DNA of 64,000 nucleotides from Klebsiella phage phiKp_32. Of this stretch, positions 27,894 to 38,051 are shown in pieces; the first letter of the stretch is position 1, and the number at the start of each line of letters is the position of its first letter. The notes beneath the pieces were generated by a model, which saw nothing but the letters and a program-made list of their open reading frames with translations, was not told where the DNA came from and searched no databases. A program made the translations under genes and the position numbers. The DNA lies in the sequence record LC768500.1. The stretch is one strand, 5' to 3'.

Positions 27894-28388
27894 ATGATGA
27901 GCCAACTTGTAAATATTCTGAGTGAACACAGATCGGCGTTTATTTGGCCTTCCAACATCCTTCAGTTAGAAGATGAATACTTCTATCTCTCGGTCAAGAT
28001 TACGGAGAGTGGTGTGGTCAAATGTATCTTCCGGAACAAGCTCACCAAAGACGTCCGTAAGTTCGACTTCTCTGATAGCATTTTTGATAAAGAGGGGTTA
28101 TGGGATTACTTCAATGCGATCGGCAAAGAAGTCTACGCCATTGGGATTGACTACGGTAAAGGGTTCCAGCTGAAGATGTTGTTTGAGCCGATTAAGGCGA
28201 TGATCACCGATAAGGCACATAAGCCTTATAATGGACATCTTCCAAGAGACGTAAGAGCACCACTATTTTCCCCGGTTAACGCCCACAGCATTTATCTCGA
28301 CGAAAACGGCGAAGTCACACTCGATGGCTTCGAATGGGCTTCTCGTGGATTGCAATTAAAAATCATCGAAGAGCTCTTAATTAACTAA
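27894..28388 (+). CDS. hypothetical protein
   Basis: Preceded by ttttaggagttaacatcATG. Confidence 0.5.
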   Translation: MMSQLVNILSEHRSAFIWPSNILQLEDEYFYLSVKITESGVVKCIFRNKLTKDVRKFDFSDSIFDKEGLWDYFNAIGKEVYAIGIDYGKGFQLKMLFEPIKAMITDKAHKPYNGHLPRDVRAPLFSPVNAHSIYLDENGEVTLDGFEWASRGLQLKIIEELLIN

Positions 28389-28431
28389 TTAATGTTATGC
28401 TAATTAGCTCATCACTGTAAAGAGGATTAAG

Positions 28432-28908
28432 ATGAAAAACCTGCTCGATTTAGTGCTCAAATTTTTCATTGGGCTTAACCCAGGCCTGGCCGTACTGATG
28501 GAAGGTGGTTCGATCGTCAATGTGGTTGAAAAACCAGAAATCGATCGTTACGCCGGTGATATCATGCGTCCGGACGGCACAACCAAGCTTCTGTCGGTAA
28601 CCTGGAAACCGGGTACATTTAAAGGCGTGTTCGGCCTCGATCCAGCCTTTGCTCCCGTCACGCAGGATGAAGCAGGCACCACTGAAGGTATCTTCCTGAA
28701 GACCGACGGCACGCCTTACTTTGCGTTGACGGCTGAAAATGCTACCGAAGCCAAAATCGAAGAAATCCTCGGATATGCTTTCGAAGAAGGTACGGTCGCA
28801 GTAGACACCGAAACCAAAAAGGTCAGCTTCGCAACGTCTACCATCGTTGCTGAAATCGATCTGGTCGTTATCGAAGCGGCTCCGGTGGCCGACGGCCAAC
28901 TGCCGTAA
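28432..28908 (+). CDS. hypothetical protein with atypical GC-rich codon usage
   Basis: Codon bias resembles 9034..9315 and 34199..35476; followed by the hairpin at 28918-28951. Confidence 0.5.
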   Translation: MKNLLDLVLKFFIGLNPGLAVLMEGGSIVNVVEKPEIDRYAGDIMRPDGTTKLLSVTWKPGTFKGVFGLDPAFAPVTQDEAGTTEGIFLKTDGTPYFALTAENATEAKIEEILGYAFEEGTVAVDTETKKVSFATSTIVAEIDLVVIEAAPVADGQLP

Positions 28909-29013
28909 TAAGTAACCTACTCCTACGTCCTTAACGGGGCGTAGGAGTAGTTCGTTAATTATAACTGACTTTTTTAATATATAACCACCAACGTTCATTT
29001 AGGACATAACACC

Positions 29014-29220
29014 ATGTTGTATGACGCAATTGAAGTTTGTTTTATCGTAATCTCCATTCTTTCCTTTATCTGGGTAATGAAGAAGAAAGGAACTGGGGCG
29101 ATGTTAATTATTGCGTTTTCTATTGTTGTCGTGGCAGGATGTCGTTATCAAGATAACGCCGATACCGAACAAGCTTTAGAGCATCCAAAATATACCAAAT
29201 CTAACTGCGGCTGTTTATAA
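29014..29220 (+). CDS. small lipoprotein
   Basis: Lipobox-like VVAGC after a hydrophobic helix. Confidence 0.4.
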   Translation: MLYDAIEVCFIVISILSFIWVMKKKGTGAMLIIAFSIVVVAGCRYQDNADTEQALEHPKYTKSNCGCL

Positions 29221-29232
29221 GAGGAACTGATT

Positions 29233-29526
29233 ATGTTTTATGATTTAGTCAAGGTTTGCAAGGAACTCGTATTTTCTCATACCTTCAACGAAAGCAATCC
29301 TGACAAGGGTTACTTCGATACCTGGAAGTGGCGTAAGTTACTCATTAACGTGGTAAGCGTAACGTATCACACCCCTAAGCTTGCCGCGCTCAGTCCGCTC
29401 TTAAAGGCTATTTCCAGTAAGCAAGACGGGCTGACAATTTCCCCACAAACCGACAGCCAAGGACGGGTCACGCGAATTACGGTGACACACAATAATAAAT
29501 CAGTGGGTTTCAGATTCAAACGTTAA
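29233..29526 (+). CDS. hypothetical protein
   Basis: 97-aa ORF. Confidence 0.4.
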   Translation: MFYDLVKVCKELVFSHTFNESNPDKGYFDTWKWRKLLINVVSVTYHTPKLAALSPLLKAISSKQDGLTISPQTDSQGRVTRITVTHNNKSVGFRFKR

Positions 29527-29539
29527 AGGAATAATCGTC

Positions 29540-30112
29540 ATGGGATACATCGAGCTTAAACACGGAACTGATAAAGACTACGTTCCCTACCGCACCAATG
29601 ACATCTACGAATTAGATGAAGATATCACCGTCTTAACCGACGATACTCGGGTTATCGACGAAAATAAAGAAACCTACTTTTTTGTGCCAGGGGTGGACGC
29701 AGAAAACATCAAGGTTAAGGTCGGTGACGTGAACCAGTTTTTACTTTTCTGGCCCGTGAAGGAAGGGGTTGAAATCAGACTTGTTTCGTTTGGGACTGGT
29801 AGAAAAACCACAAAAGTGGTTGGGTTCCTCATGACCGAGTTTCATCACCATTCCATTTACGCCAGCGTGTTCTCGTCCCTGCTGCATCGAGAATCGAAAA
29901 TGAATTTCCGCAGTAATAAACTGGCTACAGGGATCATGTGTAAATTACTTCACCGGTGCCTCAAAAGCTTTAAGCTCAAGCATCCTTCGCTCGGACGTAT
30001 CTATCTCGATATCGTATCTGATAACGGTGTTATTAAGTACGTTAACCAACACGGTAATTTTAGTGGATTGTATTATCGATTCAATCCAGGATTTAAACCA
30101 GAATTACGCTAG
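29540..30112 (+). CDS. hypothetical protein
   Basis: 190-aa ORF. Confidence 0.5.
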   Translation: MGYIELKHGTDKDYVPYRTNDIYELDEDITVLTDDTRVIDENKETYFFVPGVDAENIKVKVGDVNQFLLFWPVKEGVEIRLVSFGTGRKTTKVVGFLMTEFHHHSIYASVFSSLLHRESKMNFRSNKLATGIMCKLLHRCLKSFKLKHPSLGRIYLDIVSDNGVIKYVNQHGNFSGLYYRFNPGFKPELR

Positions 30113-30120
30113 GAAAAAAT

Positions 30121-30663
30121 ATGTCAGATATTATCGCTTACAATAAAGCGCGGCTGGTTAATGGGTTTGAACTCGTTTGCCATCATCGCACTATTCACCT
30201 GTTCGAAGATGTTTTCGAGAAGGGCAGGTACAATAAAGAGTTCGTTGCTAAATTTGACGAACTGGAAGTATTTTTGGATGTTCGTTACGCGATCATCTTA
30301 GGGAGAAAAGATAAAGATCTCACACTGCATCTAATTCGCAGTAATGCAGCTCGTGAGATCGTCAGCTGGGATTATCATTACAAGTCCAATGATAACCGAT
30401 CTGACAATTGGAAGATGGAGGCCATCGGGCAGTTTATCATCAGTGACATGGAGCAGGGGTATTTCTCCCTCTCCCCTGGTTATCGAAGTGATATCAACGA
30501 CCTACTGACTTATATCGGTGGTCAAGAGAAAGAGGTCAATATTCGCAATACAGAAATCAGCGTCAGTGAGGGTAAATTTAACTTCGTAGGCCGTAACGGA
30601 CAGATCGGCCCGGGTTTGTTATCAGAGACCAAACCCGTTAACCTCATTAAGTTGTGGGCATAA
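30121..30663 (+). CDS. hypothetical protein
   Basis: 180-aa ORF. Confidence 0.5.
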   Translation: MSDIIAYNKARLVNGFELVCHHRTIHLFEDVFEKGRYNKEFVAKFDELEVFLDVRYAIILGRKDKDLTLHLIRSNAAREIVSWDYHYKSNDNRSDNWKMEAIGQFIISDMEQGYFSLSPGYRSDINDLLTYIGGQEKEVNIRNTEISVSEGKFNFVGRNGQIGPGLLSETKPVNLIKLWA

Positions 30664-30668
30664 TAATA

Positions 30669-30697
30669 ACTCCTACTCCCGATAAGGGAGTAGGAGT
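30669..30697 (+). terminator. hairpin ACTCCTACTCCCGATAAGGGAGTAGGAGT (exact reverse complement of 5332-5360)
   Basis: Perfect inverted duplicate of the element at 5332. Confidence 0.6.
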
Positions 30698-30732
30698 TAT
30701 TAACTTTTTTGTTTTTAGAATAGGAGGGTGTA

Positions 30733-31986
30733 GTGCACGATGATTTTTATGACCGCCATGACCACGTTTTCGTTTTCGTGCAAAAATTTGATTTAGCTCA
30801 TCCTGAACTAATAGACCGAACCGTAGAGGAGAAATTCGAAATTTATACTAAGGACTATCCCGATTATGATTGTTGGGCTCAACTGGTTTATTATTTCAAG
30901 GACGGCGGGGTGTTTTCACCAGAAGGGGTGAGACTTTCAATGAGGGGGATGGTGGTTTCTCCGTTGAAAAGACTCAACCGACCCATCCACGAAAGAATAA
31001 ACGAAATGGTGTTCAGGGAAGGGGCGAAAAAACAGTCAGGTTATCCTAGGATAATGATCGGCGATTTAGGACTTTCAATGCACAGACTGATCGCATCTAC
31101 TTTCATAAAAAGACCCGATCATTTAAAGCTTATCCCATTTATGCTTTTACACGTCAATCATAAAAATGGGATTAAGAACGATTACAGACCTAATAACTTA
31201 GAATGGACTACTCCTAAGGAAAACGCGATCCATAGCGCCATGACGGGACTCACGCCACAGGGACTAGCCCACACAAAAACAATATCGGTACTCGGGTTCT
31301 TCTCTTTACCAGGAAAGTGGTTCGGGAAAACCATTTCATTTAGTGGAAATAAAGAGATTAATTCCGCAGAACTGTTTTCTCAAACAATGATACACGAAAA
31401 GGTTAGGGAAGGTGGGTTGTACAAGGGTTTTAAGTGGATTAGCGTATCTGAAGAAGAGTATAACAACCATCCACACGGTTTAGAAGATCCAGAATTTAAG
31501 AGATTTATCGACGAAGGGGGAAACACTTACCTTGATGAAAGAACTAATTTTCTTATAGGGACAGTGATTCACGAATGCGCTTATAAAGGGCTGCAATTTA
31601 TTATTTTCGGTGAAACAATGATCGAGCGTAACGGATTCCCGGCTAATCGTTTAATGGAGTTTTATAAATCCAAAGAATCGGATTCTTATTTATCAAAGGG
31701 ATGTCTTTTTGTGAGGGGGGATCTGTCCGACCTTGAAAAATTTCCGCGTGGAATACCCGATGAGCTGGTAACCATTTTATCTAGGGAGAGGGGAGATAAG
31801 TTCTATCCCGTGATCGCCAATAAAGATGGAGAGGATAAGTTATTTGCATCTAAAGAAGAGTTATCCGCGAACGGGTTTATTTATAAAGAGGTTAAGAAAA
31901 ATATACGGGGAGAGACGGGAAGTCATAGGGGTCACGCATTCAGATGGGCGGAACGATTATCGGGGTCGTTCCAACCGTCAGACTAG
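30733..31986 (+). CDS. HNH homing endonuclease (free-standing)
   Basis: HRLIASTFIKRPDHL...LHVNHKNGIKNDYRPNNLEWTTPKENAIHS. Confidence 0.8.
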   Translation: MHDDFYDRHDHVFVFVQKFDLAHPELIDRTVEEKFEIYTKDYPDYDCWAQLVYYFKDGGVFSPEGVRLSMRGMVVSPLKRLNRPIHERINEMVFREGAKKQSGYPRIMIGDLGLSMHRLIASTFIKRPDHLKLIPFMLLHVNHKNGIKNDYRPNNLEWTTPKENAIHSAMTGLTPQGLAHTKTISVLGFFSLPGKWFGKTISFSGNKEINSAELFSQTMIHEKVREGGLYKGFKWISVSEEEYNNHPHGLEDPEFKRFIDEGGNTYLDERTNFLIGTVIHECAYKGLQFIIFGETMIERNGFPANRLMEFYKSKESDSYLSKGCLFVRGDLSDLEKFPRGIPDELVTILSRERGDKFYPVIANKDGEDKLFASKEELSANGFIYKEVKKNIRGETGSHRGHAFRWAERLSGSFQPSD

Positions 31987-32119
31987 GACGTATCATGTGG
32001 TCCGCTGGCACGGGTAACCTCAAAGACACCATTGGACAAAGTAAACCCATCCCCGCCTCTCCAGAAATCACTGGTTAAACTTTATAATAACTACCGGGAG
32101 ATTTCCCGGTAGTTATCAG

Positions 32120-34174
32120 TCAAAATAAATCCATGACGTTAGAGAGATATTTATTTAACGGTAATGTTTCTGATTCATTATTCATGATATCAAATGACTC
32201 ATTGCCGTCTATAACACGTAATGCTGGGTTATTAAGAGAACTCTGAGCTAATAATTGCTCGACGTTCTCTTTAGACCACTGCATGATATCTACGCTTCTG
32301 GTCATGATGTTTATTTCATTTCCAGTATCGAGTTCAATTAACCAGAAGAAACAAGGGGCGTCCTGCCCCTGTCTAAAGATCCTCGCCTTGGTTTGTTTCA
32401 TTTCGTAATCGCGCCAAGGGGCGTCCATCATAATCTCCTGATTTGCAACGACCATGTGCGCCCCTTCCTTTAGGGTCTTAAAGGTCGTAACCCCAGGATT
32501 ATACGTCGGATCATCAGTGAATATACTAATGAGTTTCTCTTTACTTAATTCTGCGTCCCCGTAAACGAGTAAGGGTTTTAATCCCTCTTCCTTAAGATAA
32601 GTGTTAACTTCATTAAGGACGTCGACATAAGAAGTAAAGATTAATGTTTTCTTTTCTACCTGATTAATAAGCCCTGGAAGATTAGCATGCCTTACTACTG
32701 ATCTGACCGCATCAATCCTCGCTTTACCCAAGACATTCCCTAACGCCTCACCTTTGATCTTTAATCCCACATATTTTACTGCTGATTTAATATTTCTGAA
32801 TTGTTTCAGTTTATCTCCTCGTAAGCGGGCTTCAATATCGATCTCGACGTTCTTAGCATATTGAGAGTCTTCGGAGTCGGTGAAGTTATTATATCCTTGT
32901 GTTCTGAACTTATTAACGATCTGACGATAACGAACCAATCTTCCTAATTGGGATGGATCGTCTTTTACATAATGTTCGTAATCTTCCAGAACGTGATTAA
33001 AGAAATTGAGGAACGTTGGCATGTTTGTTTCGTAAAACTTAACACGCTGTTGTATGTAAGCTAACATGTCAAGTCGTATTGCTTTTAGAGTGAATCTTTC
33101 TCCGCCGGGTACGACGACTGGAAGCATGACTACGTCAGGTTCTTCATCTAGCCCCACAACGCTGTCTATGACGTATCTCGTCTTTCCTAAGCGATGGGCG
33201 AGCAATTCATTGAGTTTATCTCTGGACAAGCCATAGGACTTCAGGAAGCGTTCTCGGGCATTGCCTTTAAAGAATGGATCGATCGCACAGAACATCGGAT
33301 ATGTTTCTTTCCCGGAATTTTTTAACAAGGTTCCGCTCATAGGCAGAGCGTCTTTAAAGTCGAAGTGGTCTACAACGGAAATCAAGTTTTGCGTTTGTTT
33401 AGAGGAAAGTTCGTTAAAGTTATGGCTTTCATCGATAACAAGGTCGACCCCACCGTTGCCAGCAAACTCAAAAATGCGTTCCACCGCTTTAAAGAAATCC
33501 GGTGATCGGGTGGCTTCGATATGGAATACGTAATATTCGGCGTCTCTATCCAACGGTCTATTTTGTCGAGTGGTCCAGTATTTGGGGGGAGTGACGAATA
33601 CCTTTTCTTCAATGTGAAATTTCCAAACTGTATTTAGCACAACGTCAGGAGCAATAATGATATGTTTCTTATTCCCCGTCAGACGCGTCCACATTAAGGC
33701 CGTAGGCGTTTTTCCTGAACCAGGTTTAGCGTCTAATAGCAATCCCTTTAGGTGATAAGATGACTTAATTCCTTTATACATTTCTAAGAACCCCATCTGA
33801 GTAGGATGTGGTTTTATTTTAAACTGCTTTAAAAAAGAAGCTTTGTCTATCGGATAAGCTGTAGGGGTAACGGTATCCTTTATCCAAGTATCCGTTCTGA
33901 GTTTAATTTGGAGTTCGTTAAGGTTCTTGCGACTACTCCAGGTATTTCTTGACTGGAGTATCTTTGTTATTAGATGATCCAACTCCAATAAGAAAAAGTT
34001 ATCCGTAACGAACTTATTGGACCCAACACGTCTGAACATATAACGACCTGGCGTGCTTGTACCATACGCGGTCTGTATGTCGTCATTAAAGTTACGGAAG
34101 TTAACATGATTGATTTCCGTAATAGTCGGTCCTTGTTTAACATCAGGCCCAAAGATATAGTTTAACATCACCAA
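32120..34174 (-). CDS. SF2 (SNF2/DEAD-like) helicase
   Basis: Walker A PGSGKT, DExH VIDESHNF, motif VI QTKARIFRQGQ. Confidence 0.7.
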   Translation of the reverse strand: MVMLNYIFGPDVKQGPTITEINHVNFRNFNDDIQTAYGTSTPGRYMFRRVGSNKFVTDNFFLLELDHLITKILQSRNTWSSRKNLNELQIKLRTDTWIKDTVTPTAYPIDKASFLKQFKIKPHPTQMGFLEMYKGIKSSYHLKGLLLDAKPGSGKTPTALMWTRLTGNKKHIIIAPDVVLNTVWKFHIEEKVFVTPPKYWTTRQNRPLDRDAEYYVFHIEATRSPDFFKAVERIFEFAGNGGVDLVIDESHNFNELSSKQTQNLISVVDHFDFKDALPMSGTLLKNSGKETYPMFCAIDPFFKGNARERFLKSYGLSRDKLNELLAHRLGKTRYVIDSVVGLDEEPDVVMLPVVVPGGERFTLKAIRLDMLAYIQQRVKFYETNMPTFLNFFNHVLEDYEHYVKDDPSQLGRLVRYRQIVNKFRTQGYNNFTDSEDSQYAKNVEIDIEARLRGDKLKQFRNIKSAVKYVGLKIKGEALGNVLGKARIDAVRSVVRHANLPGLINQVEKKTLIFTSYVDVLNEVNTYLKEEGLKPLLVYGDAELSKEKLISIFTDDPTYNPGVTTFKTLKEGAHMVVANQEIMMDAPWRDYEMKQTKARIFRQGQDAPCFFWLIELDTGNEINIMTRSVDIMQWSKENVEQLLAQSSLNNPALRVIDGNESFDIMNNESETLPLNKYLSNVMDLF

Positions 34175-34198
34175 TCACCCGTTATTAGGAGTAGTAAA

Positions 34199-35476
34199 AT
34201 GAATTCTGTCGACATCAACACCTATAAGAAATTCTTCTCTGCTGTTGCCGCTGAACTGTTCAGTAATCTGGAAGATCTCAAAATCGTTTCCCATCGTCAC
34301 GCGCTGTTAAATATTCTGTTTATCGACGGGATCAAAATCAGTACGGGTGAACGTCGCCGTTATGCCTTCCACGAAAAGCATCTGAAGGCGGTCAAAGAAC
34401 GCATTAACCTGGGCGACTTCTCTTTCCTCGATGAGCAGGTTCGGGATAAAGATTTCCAGCCGCGACAGTATAAAGGCGTCGAAATCGATCACGCTTACGG
34501 CTATGTGGTCAGCGCGGTCCCGGTCTTCACTTCCATGGAACAGCGCGGCACCGGCGATAAGGAATTCGACAACATGACCACCGGCCAGCTGGCACGCGTT
34601 GATCAGTGGTTCACCGACTACGCTAAGAAAGAAACCGACCAGCTGAAAACCATCGCCGATCTTACCGAAGCCTGGGGTAAATTCACCACGACGGTCAAGG
34701 ATCACGATCTCTACTTCGGATTCGACATCGAAGATCATAAAATCAGTCTGACGCTGGATAAAGCACCTCCTATCGCTGATGAGATCAAGATCCTTCGTCA
34801 GCCGGTTACTCTGGAGCAAATCGCCGAGTTCTCTGAAGATGACCAGAAACACATCGCCGGTGTTCAGGCTGCCATTGACAAGATGAACGAACTCACTTCT
34901 GAGTTCTTCGGTATCGAGCTGGGTAACAAATACCTCACCCAATTCCGTGAGCGTATTTGGGAACAGAACTTCTCCATGCCGCTTCAGTACCAGACCAACA
35001 TCGTCTATGAGTTCACCGATAACACGCCTGAAACTCGTGCCCTCGTAGAGGAACAAGTCGAAAAGGCCATCAGTCTGCTGAAAGATAAAGAAGCTGAGCT
35101 GGGTAATCGCGTCTACCTCGACACTAACTCGCTGGCGACCTTCGTTATTAACGAAGAAGGCGCTAACGAATACTACGATTACCCAGTTGTCCGTGAGATG
35201 TGGTCGAAGTTCGTTCGTTCGTTCGGTAAAGCCATCCTCAACCTGATGAACCAGACCGAATCGGTTTACTTCAAACCCTACATCTCTAAGGTAACCAAAG
35301 TGGAAACCGAAGATACTGTAGCGGCGCCGGCTCGTGGCGAAACCCCACATCTGGTTGCAGTGGATGAACCGGCTTTTGTAGATGGTGATGCAGAAGTGGC
35401 GGTTGAGGGCGATTCTGCCCAGGATGAAACCTATGCGCTCGAAGGCAACGCTCAGGCTCCTAGTCAAACCGTTTAA
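34199..35476 (+). CDS. acidic hypothetical protein (425 aa), possibly abundant
   Basis: ttaggagtagtaaaATG start; coherent codon usage; the antisense 34307..35560 ORF was rejected. Confidence 0.55.
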   Translation: MNSVDINTYKKFFSAVAAELFSNLEDLKIVSHRHALLNILFIDGIKISTGERRRYAFHEKHLKAVKERINLGDFSFLDEQVRDKDFQPRQYKGVEIDHAYGYVVSAVPVFTSMEQRGTGDKEFDNMTTGQLARVDQWFTDYAKKETDQLKTIADLTEAWGKFTTTVKDHDLYFGFDIEDHKISLTLDKAPPIADEIKILRQPVTLEQIAEFSEDDQKHIAGVQAAIDKMNELTSEFFGIELGNKYLTQFRERIWEQNFSMPLQYQTNIVYEFTDNTPETRALVEEQVEKAISLLKDKEAELGNRVYLDTNSLATFVINEEGANEYYDYPVVREMWSKFVRSFGKAILNLMNQTESVYFKPYISKVTKVETEDTVAAPARGETPHLVAVDEPAFVDGDAEVAVEGDSAQDETYALEGNAQAPSQTV

Positions 35477-35495
35477 TCGATAACGCAAAGAAACT

Positions 35496-35525
35496 ATTCC
35501 TCCTACCCTTACGGGTAGGAGGAAT
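35496..35525 (+). terminator. bidirectional hairpin ATTCCTCCTACCCTTACGGGTAGGAGGAAT
   Basis: Lies between convergent genes; member of the CCTAC/GTAGG family. Confidence 0.6.
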
Positions 35526-35543
35526 ATATTTCTGTTATTTTTT

Positions 35544-36203
35544 TTACGGCGTTTGTTCATTCTTAGCGGCTATTAATGCAGCCTCTAATTCCTGAATGTA
35601 CAATTGTTGTTTGGTTATGGTTTCGGCTTGCTTAGCAAGTTTGATTTGATCCGTCTCTGCATTAGCGATAGCGTTAAGCCGAGTAGATTCAAATATTTCC
35701 GCGTCTTCTTTCGACACATAAGCCCTGGTAGGAATACTACCAATGTAGCTCTTCGCGTTGACAAGTCCGAAGTTAGTTTTCGCGTAATCTTGGAAGTGAT
35801 CGATCAACGTGTTAATTTTATCCGCCATCTGAGGAGGGCATGCCCCCAGGTCGGTGTAAACAACAAATCTTTCAAAGATCACCCCGTCAATTAGGGGAAA
35901 TGATTTGATATAGGTGCTGGGAATATAAACCGGAGATCCGTTTTTAGAGGTCAGGGTAATGATTGCCCCGTTATTCTCTTCTACGAGATCTAAGATACTT
36001 TCATAAGCATCTTCCGAAATCCCTACTGGTTCGAACATCAATCCCCAAACATCAATATTCCTGTTTCGGAACTGTGCCGCCGTACAGACGTCTTCCACTT
36101 TATAAAAGATGGACTCGTCGACCACTGTTGTAAAGGGTGTGATCGCGGTAAATTGTCCCGCGGCATAGAGTGAAGGAATGACGTTTTTATCAGTGTCTGC
36201 CAT
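35544..36203 (-). CDS. hypothetical protein (putative virion protein)
   Basis: 219-aa ORF within the structural block. Confidence 0.5.
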   Translation of the reverse strand: MADTDKNVIPSLYAAGQFTAITPFTTVVDESIFYKVEDVCTAAQFRNRNIDVWGLMFEPVGISEDAYESILDLVEENNGAIITLTSKNGSPVYIPSTYIKSFPLIDGVIFERFVVYTDLGACPPQMADKINTLIDHFQDYAKTNFGLVNAKSYIGSIPTRAYVSKEDAEIFESTRLNAIANAETDQIKLAKQAETITKQQLYIQELEAALIAAKNEQTP

Positions 36204-36213
36204 GGACTAACCT

Positions 36214-37551
36214 CTATTCGGTAATAATCCCGTCTTTAATAAACTGGGCCTTGGTCACCATTTGGAATCGGGTGGACCCCACTTGAATGGTTGCGAAGAG
36301 AATATTGTCCTTGACCAGACGTTTGATCCCTGCCGGCACCAGACCGTCTTCAGTTAACACTTCTGCTCCGCTGATCAGTGTTTGCATGGCGGTGATGAAG
36401 TCGGTTGTGGCCGTAGACATCCATGCGAACTGGGAATCGGTAGAAGGGATGAGCTGATAATCAGGGTAGAGTTCTTTGATTTTAGTCACGCCGTTAAAGT
36501 TCGTCGGTTTACCGGCGAAACAGACTTTAGCGGATTTATAAAGGAAAGGAACAACCTGCGCTGATTTTATGATGTTATCTGACGTAAAACCTATGAGGTA
36601 TTTCGTCGGATTTGTTAAAAGTGTTTCGTAGCTGGCAATCGGAGAGTACAGCGAACTTCCATCTGTTTTATTCTCCAGGCCTAATTCATCCCAATAAGGG
36701 ATCGCAACAAACTGCGTCGGGTTAAAAAGATCAGGGATGGCGTTCTCCCAATCCTCTTCACTTTCAGACGTTAATGCCAAAATGGCATTTGCTATCTCGG
36801 TGTAGATCTGATCTTCCTGATCGTCGGCGTTACCGTAAACCAACACAGTGAAATAAACGGTGTTGTAATTCGCGGTGTTTACCAAGTCATAGACTTTGAA
36901 CGGATAGACGAAACGAGAGCTGTATCGGTATTCGCCGTCATTGGTTGCTGCTAAGACGCGTTGCTCGATCACGCTAGGGGTTTCTTGAGCAAGTCTGGTA
37001 GCGAGCTGCTGATAATTCAGTGTGACGAGTTTATCAATTTCGTCATCTGGAAGTACCAGGATGGGGACGATTTCACAATAAGGATATTCCGCTTCAAAGT
37101 AAGCATTAGCGAACCAGATTTTAAAATAAACGGTATCCCCGTTAGTCAGCGTCTGGGTACCCTCAATATGAGAAGGAAGATAAATGACACTATTCGTGAC
37201 CATCGTTCCTACACCGCTAAATACCACGCCAGCGGTAAATTGCGCTTGCACTAACTGCAAACATGCTGTACTATCGTTAGTTAATACTCCGGCCACCGCC
37301 TGTTGATATAGCCACTGAGCGATGTCCAGCTGTTTGTTTTTTGTTTCGTCCGGCATGATTTCGGCAACATCATCCTTCACGCCATAAAAATTAATTAAGG
37401 TGGGGATGCGATCATCGCTGCGATAGAAACCCGGATCTTTCGAATACGCTCTCGTTTTGCTAGACAGCTCCCCTAACGGGGAAACCACTTTCTCGTGGTT
37501 ATCACTTAGCGCCGCAATAGCACTAAATGAAAGGTATGAATATTTGCTCAT
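36214..37551 (-). CDS. hypothetical protein (putative virion structural protein)
   Basis: 445-aa ORF. Confidence 0.5.
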   Translation of the reverse strand: MSKYSYLSFSAIAALSDNHEKVVSPLGELSSKTRAYSKDPGFYRSDDRIPTLINFYGVKDDVAEIMPDETKNKQLDIAQWLYQQAVAGVLTNDSTACLQLVQAQFTAGVVFSGVGTMVTNSVIYLPSHIEGTQTLTNGDTVYFKIWFANAYFEAEYPYCEIVPILVLPDDEIDKLVTLNYQQLATRLAQETPSVIEQRVLAATNDGEYRYSSRFVYPFKVYDLVNTANYNTVYFTVLVYGNADDQEDQIYTEIANAILALTSESEEDWENAIPDLFNPTQFVAIPYWDELGLENKTDGSSLYSPIASYETLLTNPTKYLIGFTSDNIIKSAQVVPFLYKSAKVCFAGKPTNFNGVTKIKELYPDYQLIPSTDSQFAWMSTATTDFITAMQTLISGAEVLTEDGLVPAGIKRLVKDNILFATIQVGSTRFQMVTKAQFIKDGIITE

Positions 37552-37571
37552 AATGTCGTCCGTTAAGGAAA

Positions 37572-37985
37572 GTGAAAATGTTTCCCATAGCCAAAGAACT
37601 GGTAGATAGGTTCATAGAATGGCTCCTCAGGCGCGCGTCTGGAGAGACTTTAGAAGAAAAACAGAACTCGGCTATTCGGTATATTTCCTACGTCGCCGGG
37701 GGATTATTGTGGGCGGTTTTGACCCTCGTCGTCATCGATATTAATTTATCTTTACGTATACACACGACTGAAGGTGCTGCTGCGGCGGTTAACAAAATGT
37801 TCTCTACGGATAGAAACCCTATAGATGAACTGATTAAAATCAACCGCACGTTAAGCGACAGGGTAGAATCGCTCAGGGAAGAAAACATTCTTTTAATTAA
37901 GGATAACTTGCGTCTATTGGATCAAGCTAAGATCATGGAAGATGTTGTAAAAACCTGCAAAAGACCATCAACCAAAAAACAGTAA
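37572..37985 (+). CDS. hypothetical protein with a C-terminal coiled coil
   Basis: 137 aa; followed by the hairpin TAGGGATCCCAAATATGGGATCCCTA. Confidence 0.45.
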   Translation: MKMFPIAKELVDRFIEWLLRRASGETLEEKQNSAIRYISYVAGGLLWAVLTLVVIDINLSLRIHTTEGAAAAVNKMFSTDRNPIDELIKINRTLSDRVESLREENILLIKDNLRLLDQAKIMEDVVKTCKRPSTKKQ

Positions 37986-38051
37986 TATTTTTATACTAGG
38001 GATCCCAAATATGGGATCCCTAGTATTACACAATGACAAAGGCCTTGAACT

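Noticed and set aside
28450-28998. Minus-strand 182-aa ORF overlapping 28432-28908
   Set aside because: It is antisense to a gene with a strong RBS and a downstream terminator in the plus orientation.
34307-35560. 417-aa ORF on the minus strand antisense to 34199-35476
   Set aside because: It begins with an implausible basic low-complexity run (MNKRRKKNNRN), has no RBS, and lies fully within a plus-strand gene that has a good RBS and coherent codon usage. It is a typical shadow ORF.
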